A stretch of 64,000 nucleotides of DNA from an uncultured virus (IMG/VR IMGVR_UViG_3300042447_000416) (IMGVR_UViG_3300042447_000416), one strand, 5' to 3'; shown: positions 46,569 through 57,682, numbered from the stretch's first letter. Made by a program: numbers and translations. Notes: generated by a model not told the origin, from the sequence alone.

Positions 46569-47621
46569 TTAGGAAGCAACCTTAACGTTCTTTACAACTA
46601 CCCAAGCGTCTGCCTGCTCGATTTGAACGCCAACACGAGTATACATTGTGTACTCGATTGAGTCCTTACGTGGCCAGAAGAAGCGGTAAACTGTTACGTC
46701 ACGCTTTACACCAATTACCACGTTGTTAGGGAATGTCAAGTGGACATCTCCGTGTGATCCTGATGGACTTGCGTATGTACCAGTTTGTGTCTCTGGAAGA
46801 AGTGGAACTTCAACGATTGGAATACCAAATGCGTATGGAGCTACATATCCTGCAGGACCTCCTAGAACAGGAACATCACCACGGATAATGCCAGAGGCAA
46901 TATCTTGTGGAGTAACGTTCTGAACGTTCTGTGAGTTAGAGTATAAGTAATCTTGGATCAAGTTTGATCCTGCAAGGAAGCGAAGGTCTGTACGACGTTG
47001 CTTGTACTTACGTGGAAGAGCCTTAAGTGCTGAGTTGAATACTGCACGGGAGATATTAGCTCCTGCTGCATCTACTACACGACCAGAGGTCTTAGCTTTC
47101 TTTACAACACCATTAAATGACTTGTAAAGAGCATCGGTTGTTAGAGATTCGTCACCGTTAAGAATAACATCTTCGATGTCATTTCCTGCTTGTGTCGCCA
47201 TCAAACGTGCAATGTGATCTTCTAGATCTGCACCCTCGATGTTATCTTCTAGTGATTCTGTTGAAAGCTCCCAGTCCATGCGTAGCTTCTTTGTTGTTAA
47301 AGAGATCTTTGAGAAAGTTACAGCTGAGTTAACACCTGTATTGTCTCCTTCGGATGCAAGCTTAACAAGCTTCTCTCCTACTGACATACGATCAATTTCT
47401 GTTGTGTCTGACTTCATTCGAACTGTACGTGCGACTTTTCCAATTACGGTTGAATCGAACATATAGTCTAGGAAGCGAGCTGATTGTTCTGGATTAAGAA
47501 GACCACCGTTGCCAGCCTCAGCTGCTACGTGTGTTCCACTTGTTGCTCCAGTTGATGATGCGAATCCAGCTGTAGCTGTTGTGCCTGCTGCGATTGCTTT
47601 TTCTAATGTTTCATTACTCAT
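46569..47621 (-). CDS. Major capsid protein (HK97 fold)
   Basis: GGLLNPEQ, ELSTESLEDNIEG, FGIPIVEV; position after the protease. Confidence 0.92.
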   Translation of the reverse strand: MSNETLEKAIAAGTTATAGFASSTGATSGTHVAAEAGNGGLLNPEQSARFLDYMFDSTVIGKVARTVRMKSDTTEIDRMSVGEKLVKLASEGDNTGVNSAVTFSKISLTTKKLRMDWELSTESLEDNIEGADLEDHIARLMATQAGNDIEDVILNGDESLTTDALYKSFNGVVKKAKTSGRVVDAAGANISRAVFNSALKALPRKYKQRRTDLRFLAGSNLIQDYLYSNSQNVQNVTPQDIASGIIRGDVPVLGGPAGYVAPYAFGIPIVEVPLLPETQTGTYASPSGSHGDVHLTFPNNVVIGVKRDVTVYRFFWPRKDSIEYTMYTRVGVQIEQADAWVVVKNVKVAS

Positions 47622-47637
47622 TTTTATTTCACCTACC

Positions 47638-48981
47638 CTAGTTAAATATTTCGTTTACGGAACCGAGGAAAGAACCGTTCCATTTTGATTTGTTTACTGC
47701 TGGTACAACAGACCCGCCAAGGTCTGAGGACTTTTTAATTGCTGTATCGCCTTCTACGGCATCTACACGCTTTTGAACACCATCAATGGTGCCCTTTATT
47801 TCTGTGACAGCGGCACTAAGTGCACTGTGCTTTTCTGCTAACTCTGTAATTTGAGCATTTACGCCCTTGCTAAAAGTCTCTACAGTTTCTTTGATTTCTG
47901 AAACCTGTGCTGCATTTGCCTCTGTAGCCTTGCTAAGAGTATCTGCAAAGAATCCCTTTAGGTCTACTAACATTTTTGCAAAATCAGGTTCTTCAACTGC
48001 AGCTTCTGCTTGAGGAGCATCAACTGACTTAAAGACATCTACAGAAGCAGAGCCTGCATCTTCCACTGAGTTATCAGCGTTTGGTGCATCTTCGACTGCA
48101 GGTGCATCAGATGCCACTACGGTCTCTTCAACGATTGCTGTTTCTGCAGTTACTACTGTTGAATCTTCAGCTGTTACGTTTAGTTTTTCCACTTCATTAC
48201 CTCCTTGTACGTTAACCTGTTTTGCTATTGTTTGTATTCCAGGTAACGGAACTCTTGACTTCTTAAATGAAGCAAGAATCTTATCTATCTCTTTTGATTT
48301 GTTTATGTCTGAGCTTTCGACCCATCCAATTAGCGTAGCTTCTTTTCCAGTAACTGGAGAAGAATACGTTTTGTCTGTCGAGATAAAAACAGAATCGCTT
48401 TCTTCGCAATAAAAAATATTTTCTGTAACTACATCTGCTGCCATACCTTTAAATACAAGTTGGCCGTTCATTTTTTCTATTGAAATAATATTGCACATTT
48501 CGTTTGCTGGAGAATCAACAATTGATAATTCAATTAAATCGTAATCTTTAATAAATCTTACAGTTTCTCCTGTTGCTTTATTCATTTCATTATCTGACTC
48601 TTTAATTTTTCCGCCAATTGAAAAACCTGAAAGTGTTCCGTCAAGAACTTTCTCCCATGTATCTTGTGCACCTTTAGAGATATATGATGTTACATAAACT
48701 CCATTATAAAATTCTTTTGATTTTTGATCGTAATATGTTTCTGGTTTAAAAGAAACTACTTTGCCTACAGCTAGTGGCTGATGCATCTCTCTAAGATTGC
48801 CTCTAAAACTTTCAAATGCTTTCAGGCTTGCTTCTGCTGTTACAACATCACCTGTTTGATCTACATTGTCTAATGTAGCAAATCCAGAAACAGTTCTATT
48901 CTCCCTATTCACTTTTGTGAACGGGACAGCTAAATGAATGTTTTGGCCGTCGGTGGACCACTGGGCTTTTTCAATGTTCAT
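47638..48981 (-). CDS. Prohead protease with acidic/coiled-coil scaffold-like C-terminus
   Basis: REMH, GFSIGG, ELSIVDSPAN. Confidence 0.88.
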   Translation of the reverse strand: MNIEKAQWSTDGQNIHLAVPFTKVNRENRTVSGFATLDNVDQTGDVVTAEASLKAFESFRGNLREMHQPLAVGKVVSFKPETYYDQKSKEFYNGVYVTSYISKGAQDTWEKVLDGTLSGFSIGGKIKESDNEMNKATGETVRFIKDYDLIELSIVDSPANEMCNIISIEKMNGQLVFKGMAADVVTENIFYCEESDSVFISTDKTYSSPVTGKEATLIGWVESSDINKSKEIDKILASFKKSRVPLPGIQTIAKQVNVQGGNEVEKLNVTAEDSTVVTAETAIVEETVVASDAPAVEDAPNADNSVEDAGSASVDVFKSVDAPQAEAAVEEPDFAKMLVDLKGFFADTLSKATEANAAQVSEIKETVETFSKGVNAQITELAEKHSALSAAVTEIKGTIDGVQKRVDAVEGDTAIKKSSDLGGSVVPAVNKSKWNGSFLGSVNEIFN

Positions 48982-49034
48982 ATGCTTAATTTTAATGGTT
49001 TATCTACTATAAAGCAAATAGCAGTTGATTAGGG

Positions 49035-50618
49035 TTAGTCAACCCTTTTTCCGTCACCCTTTGCATTTCTGCCTTCTCCGACTTTATCGGAAGATGCGGC
49101 AGATCTTTCTGAATCCCTAGCCCTAGTTTTGCCAGCAGTTGCTTTTTGATCAGCTGCTTGCTGTGGCTTTAATTCAACCATTTCATCTCCACCGTCAACA
49201 GGAATCATTCCTTTTCTAATTCTAACTTCATTAGGCGTAATTACCTGCATTCTTAAATATCTTTCGTCTATTTGAGACTGAGTATCTTCGTCAGTTAAGG
49301 TCAACTCTTCAAATTTAATTTTTAATGCATCTGTTTTTTCTTCAATTATTGAATTAATTCTTTTTTCAAGTCTCATTTGAGCTGGACGGCAAACCTGCTC
49401 TTTAAATGTTTTATCTGCATCCCTGGCATTTGCCAAAGACACGCCTTCTGGAACACCAATTTTATTAATTGGAACTCTGTGTGCCAATAGAATTTCATCT
49501 CTATTTGATTGTCTATAAATATTAAATGAGGACTCTTGGGCACCAGCTTCAACTGGCTCCATTTTAAATTCAACTTTATTGTCTTGAGTGTCGGCTGGCA
49601 GAGGGATATATAGTGATCTATGGTTTTTACCCTTTAGTCCAACCTGGAAAAATTCAAGCAATTTTCTTTCTGACTCTGGAGAAAGCTTTGCTCCCTTTAC
49701 GGTAATAATATATCTTGGGACAGCTTTGTTTTCAAAATAGTCTAAGTTATATCTTCCAGCAAATTCATTTCCAGCAAGCGACATCTGGGCTGCCACAATA
49801 TCTGGGATTCCGTAATAGTTATTCATTGGAGTGTATTTCTTTAAATGAATAATTTCGTTTGGCCTATCTTCTGAATCACCAATTGGATTAATGGTTTCTG
49901 TGTCTCCAAAATTTCTAAAGAATACAGCCTTTCCATAAAGCAATTGCATAAATCCATCTCTAAGTCTTCTTACACGCATGGTTTTTGATGGTATATGTCC
50001 AATATACCCAATGTCTCCACCTGTGGTTCTACCAATTTCAAGGTACCCGTTGCCAGTTGCCTCTAAGTCTGTATAAGCCTTTATTAATGTTTCGGTAAAC
50101 GTATCTTCTTGATTTGTTGCATCTAGCCAGTCTTGAAGATCTTGCTTTAATTTATTTAATTTTCTACGAGCTCTATCTAGTTGCTTATCATCTGTTATTG
50201 CATCAATTGCATCATTTGTTTTTCTTGTTTCCATAAAAGAATATCCGAGACCAACAATGTTTGCTACCTTAGCATTAATGGCTGCGTAGTTGTATGTTGA
50301 AACTTCATATATTTGAGAAAGGTATTCTAAATTATATACTGGCTGTACAAGGTCAAACATTGCATATCCAGTAACTGCTGATTGTAATAGATTTTGCTGT
50401 GTCGCTGCACCATCTTTACCAGTAAATGATTTTGAAAAATCTCTATTTACTTTTCTTTTAAAATTTGTTCCAAGGCCTCTTACTTTTTTAAGGTCATCAA
50501 TACCAATTGCAAATGGGTCTACGTGTTCTTTTTCTTTCTTAAATGAGAATAAGTCTGAGCTATTTTTAACAGATACTTCGTATGCATCTTCTGGTCCGTC
50601 TTCTAAAAATTGTGTCAT
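49035..50618 (-). CDS. Portal protein
   Basis: GNGYLE, EIIHLK, YYGIP, YFENKAVP, ITPNEVR. Confidence 0.92.
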   Translation of the reverse strand: MTQFLEDGPEDAYEVSVKNSSDLFSFKKEKEHVDPFAIGIDDLKKVRGLGTNFKRKVNRDFSKSFTGKDGAATQQNLLQSAVTGYAMFDLVQPVYNLEYLSQIYEVSTYNYAAINAKVANIVGLGYSFMETRKTNDAIDAITDDKQLDRARRKLNKLKQDLQDWLDATNQEDTFTETLIKAYTDLEATGNGYLEIGRTTGGDIGYIGHIPSKTMRVRRLRDGFMQLLYGKAVFFRNFGDTETINPIGDSEDRPNEIIHLKKYTPMNNYYGIPDIVAAQMSLAGNEFAGRYNLDYFENKAVPRYIITVKGAKLSPESERKLLEFFQVGLKGKNHRSLYIPLPADTQDNKVEFKMEPVEAGAQESSFNIYRQSNRDEILLAHRVPINKIGVPEGVSLANARDADKTFKEQVCRPAQMRLEKRINSIIEEKTDALKIKFEELTLTDEDTQSQIDERYLRMQVITPNEVRIRKGMIPVDGGDEMVELKPQQAADQKATAGKTRARDSERSAASSDKVGEGRNAKGDGKRVD

Positions 50619-50953
50619 TTTACAGCTCCCCCTCTTAACATTGAATCTTTATACTCTCCAATATCTAATGGATCTGGAGTAAGACCCCATTTAAGCCTTT
50701 CGTTTTGATGCTCAAACTCTTCGTCATCAATTTTTCTTCTACCTGAAAGAAACTTAGGTTGACCTTCGTTAATTCCATAATGTCTAACAGAATCTGCGAG
50801 TGCGGCGATTTTAGATCTGTTACCTTTAGTTGATGTTATAGAAAGGAAATTGCCATCATCGTCGCCGATCCATCGGCCATCTGGCATTTCCCATACGTAT
50901 ATGCCTAGACGTGTCTCTTCAATAACTTGACTTTTTTGATTTAAGATTTCCAT
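50615..50953 (-). CDS. Hypothetical protein
   Basis: ATGA-coupled to the portal gene. Confidence 0.65.
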   Translation of the reverse strand: MEILNQKSQVIEETRLGIYVWEMPDGRWIGDDDGNFLSITSTKGNRSKIAALADSVRHYGINEGQPKFLSGRRKIDDEEFEHQNERLKWGLTPDPLDIGEYKDSMLRGGAVK

Positions 50954-51034
50954 ATGTTAACCAGTTTACCATTATTCTCAACAAAAGTCCATCTTCTGTA
51001 CCAGTCTATGACAATATTTTAAAAATATTGCAGG

Positions 51035-52840
51035 CTAGACGTCAAAAGATCTTGTGAAGTAGGCTGTGTTGTCTAGGCCAGTAGCACTTTCTGAGAAAGT
51101 TATACCTGGGTCTTGTACGGTAAATGAATTTTCTGAGCAATACAGCTTATAATTCTTTAGAGCCTCTGGGGCCGTAAATGGGGTTTCATAAAATGCTAAA
51201 TTGCTATAGGTATTAGATCCACCATATTCCGACCCGCTCTGGTTCTGATTTAATTTAATATTTGTAGCGCCTGCGTTTAGTACTATTAAAATGTGATGAG
51301 ATACTCCGCTTAATAAAAATTGGGATACGTTGGTGGATGTAGTTCTATTTACTCCATTTACATATATTGCACTAATTCCATTTTTTGTTATTACTCCGCT
51401 ATTTGTCCAGCTTAGAGAAGCTGAGGCTGATGAGAATAAAATATTTTTTCCTTCTCTTGGAGTAAAAAACATCTCTATTGTTCTTGGATGTATTGGGAGG
51501 TCTACTGAAAAGCCGTAACCAGATTGCATAGTCAATCCATTATATTTATTTTGCATTCTTACTGGGTAGTTATAATAACCCAATGAATAGTCGTAGTCTG
51601 AATATATTTTGCCTCCACCATTATCAGAATAAAAATCTTTATTTGAATATAAGTCAATTTCTAATTTATCAAAGAAAGGGAGGTCAAAAGATGAATCTAG
51701 GGTAGTCATTGTTACACGAATGTCTAGTATTGGACCAGATAGGTCTTCATTTTTATTATAATATGGAAGAGCAGAATTGTTTTTACATACTACCCATGGC
51801 TGCCCTGGAACTTTAGCTTCTACTAAAATATTTTGTACATCTTGGCCATAAGATATTCTAGAAGAAACAATGTTTTCTGGGTTTGGCACATAAAGTCTTT
51901 CTTCAAATACAAAGGTTTTTGTTTCTACTAATTCTGTTTGGGCAAATTCTATTCTTTTATAAGTTGGATTATAATATGCATCTCCCGAAACTATAGAATC
52001 TAAAGATTTAGATCCAGGATATCTATATGAGACTGCTGGTTTTAAAAATACAGAATTTAATGAAAATAATATACCGTTTTTAGAATAAACAATTTGTGAA
52101 TATTTAGTCTCTTTATACCCAGCTAAATAATGTGCTAAAATTTTTGTGTCTTCTATTTCATAATTATATACTGCTGCTGAATCTACTAAAAATCTTTTAC
52201 CAGTATTTGCTGGACCAATTTTAGGAGTCATAACTGCATTTGTAAATTTAAAGCCTGCCGTAATAAATTTTTCAGAAGCCAGAGATCCGTTTATGTACAA
52301 AGATATTTTATCTTTAGAAAATATTCCCACTATATGCATTACTTTGGTCTTGGCCACTTTAGACCATACCTTTTCTTGATTTGTGCACTTAAATATTACA
52401 TTTTCATTTTTATAAAATAGGCCTATATTATTTGTTGCATCTCCAATGATTAAGTATTCTGATAGGTCAGAAGGATCTGGACTAAACCATATTTCAAATG
52501 CGAATGGATTGTCTGGGCTTTTAGAATTAGCAATCCCTAAAGCTTTTAAAGATAGATCAACGTTTTCATTAATTTCAGTTCCTCTAATACCAGATCCTAC
52601 TATTGGAATAACTTCCATATCCGAAGCATCTATCGCATAGCCTTCCATAGAATTTCCAGAATAGTCTACAATTGGAAGTCCGCTAACTGCTGCATATGAA
52701 ATTCCATTATCTTTTAAATCCTGATAGGTAGAATATAATGAAGTTAAGTTACTATATAGACCAGTCTCTCCAGAACGAACCTCATCTAACAAAAAAAATG
52801 CAAGTGGGTTATCTTTTAAGACAGTATATTTATATGACAT
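51035..52840 (-). CDS. LamG/concanavalin-A-like virion protein
   Basis: VLKDNPLAFFLLDE, FEIWF, HIVG, LYING, AVYN...ILAHY. Confidence 0.8.
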   Translation of the reverse strand: MSYKYTVLKDNPLAFFLLDEVRSGETGLYSNLTSLYSTYQDLKDNGISYAAVSGLPIVDYSGNSMEGYAIDASDMEVIPIVGSGIRGTEINENVDLSLKALGIANSKSPDNPFAFEIWFSPDPSDLSEYLIIGDATNNIGLFYKNENVIFKCTNQEKVWSKVAKTKVMHIVGIFSKDKISLYINGSLASEKFITAGFKFTNAVMTPKIGPANTGKRFLVDSAAVYNYEIEDTKILAHYLAGYKETKYSQIVYSKNGILFSLNSVFLKPAVSYRYPGSKSLDSIVSGDAYYNPTYKRIEFAQTELVETKTFVFEERLYVPNPENIVSSRISYGQDVQNILVEAKVPGQPWVVCKNNSALPYYNKNEDLSGPILDIRVTMTTLDSSFDLPFFDKLEIDLYSNKDFYSDNGGGKIYSDYDYSLGYYNYPVRMQNKYNGLTMQSGYGFSVDLPIHPRTIEMFFTPREGKNILFSSASASLSWTNSGVITKNGISAIYVNGVNRTTSTNVSQFLLSGVSHHILIVLNAGATNIKLNQNQSGSEYGGSNTYSNLAFYETPFTAPEALKNYKLYCSENSFTVQDPGITFSESATGLDNTAYFTRSFDV

Positions 52841-52843
52841 GTC

Positions 52844-53956
52844 TTACTTCTCTTCTAGGGCTTTGACTCTCGCTGTAAGCTCTTGTACTGCTTTAATTAA
52901 TGGTGATATAAATTGATCGTACCTAAGTCCTTGCATAGAATCTTCTTGTGACATATCCATTTTTACCCAACCAGCAAAATCCCCGACACCAGATTCATCT
53001 AAGGCTTGTTTTACTTCTTGGGCAATAAGTCCATAATGTGTTCTTGATCCAGGAATAGAAACTATGTCTCCTTCGACAACTTCTTTGCCGCCTTCAACGA
53101 ACTTATATTTTACGGGATTTAAATTATTTATAAAGTCAAGACCAAGCGGGGATGTAGCAATATCAGTTTTTAATCTTTCATCTGAAGTATTAATGGTTCC
53201 AGTATTAGAGTATATTGTTTTCCAAAATCTATTTGATGAAACTCCATTTGGTACATCTGTTGGCTGACCTATTGAATAAAGATTGTTTGCAAAAGGATAC
53301 CAGTTAGAATTTACTCCGTATCCAGAAGATGTTGGTATGTTTAAACTTATTGTTGTTGGAATTGGGTCAATTGTTGCGCTCTCTCCAGGAATACCTTGAG
53401 GTCCAGTTGCGCCAGTTGCGCCAGTTGCGCCTCTTGGTATTGTAAATGAAAAAATAGCATTTGCTGTTGTTCCAGTATTTGTTACCGAAGCATTTGTTCC
53501 AGCATTGCCAGTTGTGGTTGTTCCAACAGCTATTGTTGCTGGGCCTTGTGGACCTACTGGTCCTTGTATGCCTTGTGGACCTTGAGGGAGAACTAAATTT
53601 AATGTTTGTGAAGGGCTGGTTCCAGTTATTGTTGCACTAGCAGAACCTCCCTCAACAACCGTTCCAATATTTAAAACATTGGATGGGCCAGGGCCACCAA
53701 TAATTCCATCAACACCTCTTGGTAATGTTAAATTTAATATAGCATTAGATGCAGTTCCTACATTAACAACTGATGCTGGTGTAGCCGCACTAACAGTAGT
53801 TACTGTACCCACCGCTAACGTGCCTGAAGGGCCCTGTGGGCCTGGATTAGCGGCTATAAAGGTTGCAATGTCGGCACCAAGGTTTCCAAGGTCTCTAGGG
53901 ACGTCTGGGGTGTCTGTATAGTCTGGAAATCTCCAGCCATTTACTCCTGTACTCAT
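52844..53956 (-). CDS. Fibre protein with short collagen-like (Gly-X-Y) segments and S74 chaperone
   Basis: GPQGIQGPVGPQGP, GATGATGATGPQGIPG; SDERLK...HYGLIAQEV. Confidence 0.85.
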   Translation of the reverse strand: MSTGVNGWRFPDYTDTPDVPRDLGNLGADIATFIAANPGPQGPSGTLAVGTVTTVSAATPASVVNVGTASNAILNLTLPRGVDGIIGGPGPSNVLNIGTVVEGGSASATITGTSPSQTLNLVLPQGPQGIQGPVGPQGPATIAVGTTTTGNAGTNASVTNTGTTANAIFSFTIPRGATGATGATGPQGIPGESATIDPIPTTISLNIPTSSGYGVNSNWYPFANNLYSIGQPTDVPNGVSSNRFWKTIYSNTGTINTSDERLKTDIATSPLGLDFINNLNPVKYKFVEGGKEVVEGDIVSIPGSRTHYGLIAQEVKQALDESGVGDFAGWVKMDMSQEDSMQGLRYDQFISPLIKAVQELTARVKALEEK

Positions 53957-53976
53957 TTTTTTATTATACCACCTAT

Positions 53977-54627
53977 CTATTTAATATATATGTGTGCTGG
54001 GCTCATGTATCTAATGCCAGACACAATAGGCTTTACTTCGTGAATATATGGCTCTTGTGATGGGAACATTATTAGGCTTCCAGCTTTTGGTTTTATAGTA
54101 ACATTGTGATTTGGGAAACTAATTTCTCCACCCTCATAATCATCATTAACATATGCCACTAAAGAAAATGCTAAATCCTTGTTGCCATCCTGTCCATCAA
54201 AATGTGGGCCCATTGATTGTCCTTCATTCCAGGCTTTTATTGGTATGCGATCAAGACTTAAATTATATTTATTTCTATCTAATTTTCTAGCGTCTAAATA
54301 TCTATCAGTACACATTTGAAAGGCCATCAAAAAACTATTGGCAATATAAAGAGTTTTTTTATCTACTATATCTGATCCAGTAGTTGTTTTTAACGCAGAT
54401 CTATTTATTGTTTTTGTTTTACCATATACCAGACTAGAATCATTGCTTGCCGTCCAATTTTCCCATTTGGATATCCTGGAATACGACTCTGGCTCTTCGT
54501 CTATTTTGTCTATAAAATCTTTTAAATGTTCTGGAAAGCTTAATGCATTTTCCCAGTACCAGATATCTGTTCCCAAAATTTTAAGATCAAACATTATAAA
54601 CTGCTTAAACTCTACATTATTTTGCAT
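53977..54627 (-). CDS. 2OG-Fe(II) oxygenase (P4H-like)
   Basis: HFD, YEGGEI, HEVK, RY. Confidence 0.88.
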   Translation of the reverse strand: MQNNVEFKQFIMFDLKILGTDIWYWENALSFPEHLKDFIDKIDEEPESYSRISKWENWTASNDSSLVYGKTKTINRSALKTTTGSDIVDKKTLYIANSFLMAFQMCTDRYLDARKLDRNKYNLSLDRIPIKAWNEGQSMGPHFDGQDGNKDLAFSLVAYVNDDYEGGEISFPNHNVTIKPKAGSLIMFPSQEPYIHEVKPIVSGIRYMSPAHIYIK

Positions 54628-54628
54628 G

Positions 54629-55381
54629 TTAGCCCTCTACTTCTGATGCTGGATACACTTCTCCACGGGGGGTTATTCTTAATCCTTTATTTCTATAGTC
54701 TTCCCACTCAATAGCCTCATCTGCTTGCATTGCTCTAACCTCAGCAAGCTCTGCCGCCCAAGCATCTCTAACTTCTTGCGGGTAATCACTTTCTTCTCTA
54801 TCGTCCCAGAATGATCCTAGAGTATATCTAATAGATTTTTTAACTGTGGTAACTTCGTGCATGTTATGGAATCCTCCAGCAAATGTTACTAGAGTTCCAG
54901 TTTTTGGAACAATTGTTAATCCATGCTTAAAGTTTAAAATACCATCTTCAAAGTCATCGTTTAAATAAAGAAAGGTTGCATATCTACTTCTAGTAAATGC
55001 TCCTGAAACTCCATCATTAGAAGTATTGTCTGAGTGCATATTTGCAAAAGCTCCTGGTGCCCATCTTTGAGAGTGCCAGCTTATCTGCGACATTTGTGCT
55101 GAATCTTTTCCAGCCATATCTGCAGTAGCATCTATAACTCTTTGTCTAAGATCTACAAAAAAATCTCCTGGTAAGCCACAGGCAATTGTGTCTGGGTCAT
55201 TTAGCTCTGGAGTGCCTGATGAGTATGACTCATAAAATGAAATTGGCATCCACTTTAATTGTTCTTTTTCCATCTTAATAGCTAGAACATCAATAATTGA
55301 TTTACATTCATCTGGGGTTAAAAAATTGTCATATTGCACAATATCTGGCTTGTGTCTAGTTATAACCATATCTCTTTCCAT
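54629..55381 (-). CDS. 2OG-Fe(II) oxygenase (P4H-like)
   Basis: NFLTPDEC, HSD, YLNDDF, HEV, RY. Confidence 0.88.
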   Translation of the reverse strand: MERDMVITRHKPDIVQYDNFLTPDECKSIIDVLAIKMEKEQLKWMPISFYESYSSGTPELNDPDTIACGLPGDFFVDLRQRVIDATADMAGKDSAQMSQISWHSQRWAPGAFANMHSDNTSNDGVSGAFTRSRYATFLYLNDDFEDGILNFKHGLTIVPKTGTLVTFAGGFHNMHEVTTVKKSIRYTLGSFWDDREESDYPQEVRDAWAAELAEVRAMQADEAIEWEDYRNKGLRITPRGEVYPASEVEG

Positions 55382-55383
55382 AA

Positions 55384-56283
55384 TTACATCATTCCTTTTT
55401 CTGCTTTAGCATCAGATGGGACACCAAATTCTTTAGCATCAAATGGGACACCAAATTGTTTTTCATCATATGGGACACCAAATTGTTTTTCAACATGTTC
55501 CTCATATGTAACTGGAACTCCGTCATTAAAATAAACCATGTTTCTTTTATCATCGTATTCAATTCTTTGTTGCTCCATTTTTGCCCACTTGTAAGCACCA
55601 AATTTTCTTTGGTTTGCAAGCCATTCTTCTGTGCCATTATGAGGAGTCATTATAAAGTTTCTAACAAAAAATTTCTCATTGCTGTTAATTGTTTTTACCC
55701 CATGATAGTATGGCTCTGTTGATGGAAATACTAAAATATCTCCAGCCTTTGGCTTATGATTAATAAATTGCCCATCAATATAAAACTCTATATCTCCGCC
55801 ATCGTAATCATCATTAATATACATTGTGCAGGTAATTGAAAATTTCTCCCCAGGCATATCTTTTTGTGATGTTATGTGATCTGTATGATATTGCATTGTA
55901 AGCTTACTTTTAAGATTATCAACTCCTGCATGATATTTAGAATAAGATGATCCGCTAAAACGCCAGCCTTCTGGCAATTTTATATTGTGTCTTTCTATGT
56001 AGTCCGCTATAACCTTACTATATGCCGATTCAACTTCTTCAACGAATGCCTTTTCTTTAATAAACATTTCTGTAGATTGAATTTCTGCAGAAACTTCTCT
56101 CATATCTTTTTTCTGAGTATACGTTCCAAAATGGGCCCAAGGATCCCAGGTCTTTAAAAAATACTTTCCTTCTGAAGTTTTTTCTGAAGAATTCATGACT
56201 TCATATAGTTGTGCTGGATCTTTTAAAACATTTCTATAAACATCAACTTTTGGGTACAGTTCTATATAGTCTAATTGGCTCAT
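55384..56283 (-). CDS. 2OG-Fe(II) oxygenase (P4H-like)
   Basis: HTD, YDGGDI, HGVK, KFF. Confidence 0.88.
   Translation of the reverse strand: MSQLDYIELYPKVDVYRNVLKDPAQLYEVMNSSEKTSEGKYFLKTWDPWAHFGTYTQKKDMREVSAEIQSTEMFIKEKAFVEEVESAYSKVIADYIERHNIKLPEGWRFSGSSYSKYHAGVDNLKSKLTMQYHTDHITSQKDMPGEKFSITCTMYINDDYDGGDIEFYIDGQFINHKPKAGDILVFPSTEPYYHGVKTINSNEKFFVRNFIMTPHNGTEEWLANQRKFGAYKWAKMEQQRIEYDDKRNMVYFNDGVPVTYEEHVEKQFGVPYDEKQFGVPFDAKEFGVPSDAKAEKGMM
55405..55492. repeat. 27-bp tandem repeat, about 3 copies, encoding (E/A)K(Q/E)FGVPxD
   Basis: atgggacaccaaatt core seen three times at 27-bp spacing. Confidence 0.9.
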
Positions 56284-56957
56284 GGTTGTTTTTCTCCCGT
56301 ATGTTTTTGTATCGTCCAAAAGAATGGAGATGTAAATCTATTTCCAGAGATTACTGGACGTACTCCATGTGTATAATTCATATCACCTGGAAAAAAATAT
56401 GCTGCTCCTGCAACTGGCTGAAATTCAATTCCGTGCTGTGGGAAATATAATTCTCCGCCTTCATAGTCATCGTTAAAATAAAATAAGCCAGCCAAATCAT
56501 ACCAAGGAAAATCATTTGCTCTTCCTTTTTCTGGGCCAGAATGAAATTCTTTATCTGCATGCGGCTCTTGTCTGGCACCAACAGGCCATCTAACAATTGC
56601 TGGACCAGTTTCTTTTGCATCAACATTAAAAAATGCATCTACTTCTATTTTAAGTCTTGCTATCATGCTATAAATTAATTCTAATATCGATGGGTCTGAC
56701 GCCATTAAAGAATTGTAGGTGCAAACTCTATTTTCCCAAACTGTGTGGTCATATAAAACTAGGCCATCGGCATCTCTATGGGTTTCTGTTATGTCCCAAA
56801 TTTTATTATTAAGGGAAAAGTCCATCAATCTTTTACGCTCTTCTATTGTAAGGAAATCTTTTATTTCTACTATGTTATTTATGGAATTACCAAAAAATCC
56901 AGACGGAGTAATAGATTTTGGCTTTTGATCTTCTGTCCATTGGTTTGCTAGCTTCAT
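56280..56957 (-). CDS. 2OG-Fe(II) oxygenase (P4H-like)
   Basis: HAD, YEGGEL, HGV, RF. Confidence 0.88.
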   Translation of the reverse strand: MKLANQWTEDQKPKSITPSGFFGNSINNIVEIKDFLTIEERKRLMDFSLNNKIWDITETHRDADGLVLYDHTVWENRVCTYNSLMASDPSILELIYSMIARLKIEVDAFFNVDAKETGPAIVRWPVGARQEPHADKEFHSGPEKGRANDFPWYDLAGLFYFNDDYEGGELYFPQHGIEFQPVAGAAYFFPGDMNYTHGVRPVISGNRFTSPFFWTIQKHTGEKQP

Positions 56958-57682
56958 TTATCTATTATATCATTTCCCTTGTTTAATTCATGATTGACTT
57001 TAAGCCTAATAGCTTTTACTTGATGACCGCCTAGGACATTTTTAAGGTGATCTACAGCATCTCTATAAAAATTAGACCAAATTGCTTTTCTGTTTAAATC
57101 GTAAATAACATTAGAATACTCGTTAGAGTCAAATTTAGGGTCTGGCAAAGACTCTACTTTATCAAAATTTATTTCTGAGTTTTGTAAAGCCTCTAAATCT
57201 ATTGGTAGTATAGCAATTATTGGTGTTCCTGCTTTTATGGTAATAACTTCGTTTGGTTTAGTTATCATCCAGGCACATGGCAATTCTCCTCTAAAAAATG
57301 ATGTACTCATTAAGGTTGTAAAAGGAACGGCACCGTCAATGAATAAATTTGGAACTGGCATAGATAGAAGACTTAAATTTTCTTCAGTAGAAAACATTAG
57401 GCCCGTATTAAAACTTACTGTTCCATTAGCTCTACCAGAATAAGCATACTTTTCACCAGACAAAATTTTAACGTGATCTGGAGTGCTGTCTGTTACGCCA
57501 TCCCATATAAAAGATATATCTTCTGGAAAAGATATTCCCCAGCCAAGCTGGTTAGTGAGTCCTACTGGAAAACATTTATATGCATGAGATTCCCAAGTAT
57601 TATCCATCCAATCTCTTTTAATTGAAAGAGGAAAAACTTCTCCGTAACCATTTCTTATTGTATAGGCTTTAATTTTATGCAT
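56954..57682 (-). CDS. DUF6065-like protein
   Basis: RDWMD, AYKCFPVGLTNQLGW, AGTPI. Confidence 0.7.
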   Translation of the reverse strand: MHKIKAYTIRNGYGEVFPLSIKRDWMDNTWESHAYKCFPVGLTNQLGWGISFPEDISFIWDGVTDSTPDHVKILSGEKYAYSGRANGTVSFNTGLMFSTEENLSLLSMPVPNLFIDGAVPFTTLMSTSFFRGELPCAWMITKPNEVITIKAGTPIIAILPIDLEALQNSEINFDKVESLPDPKFDSNEYSNVIYDLNRKAIWSNFYRDAVDHLKNVLGGHQVKAIRLKVNHELNKGNDIIDK

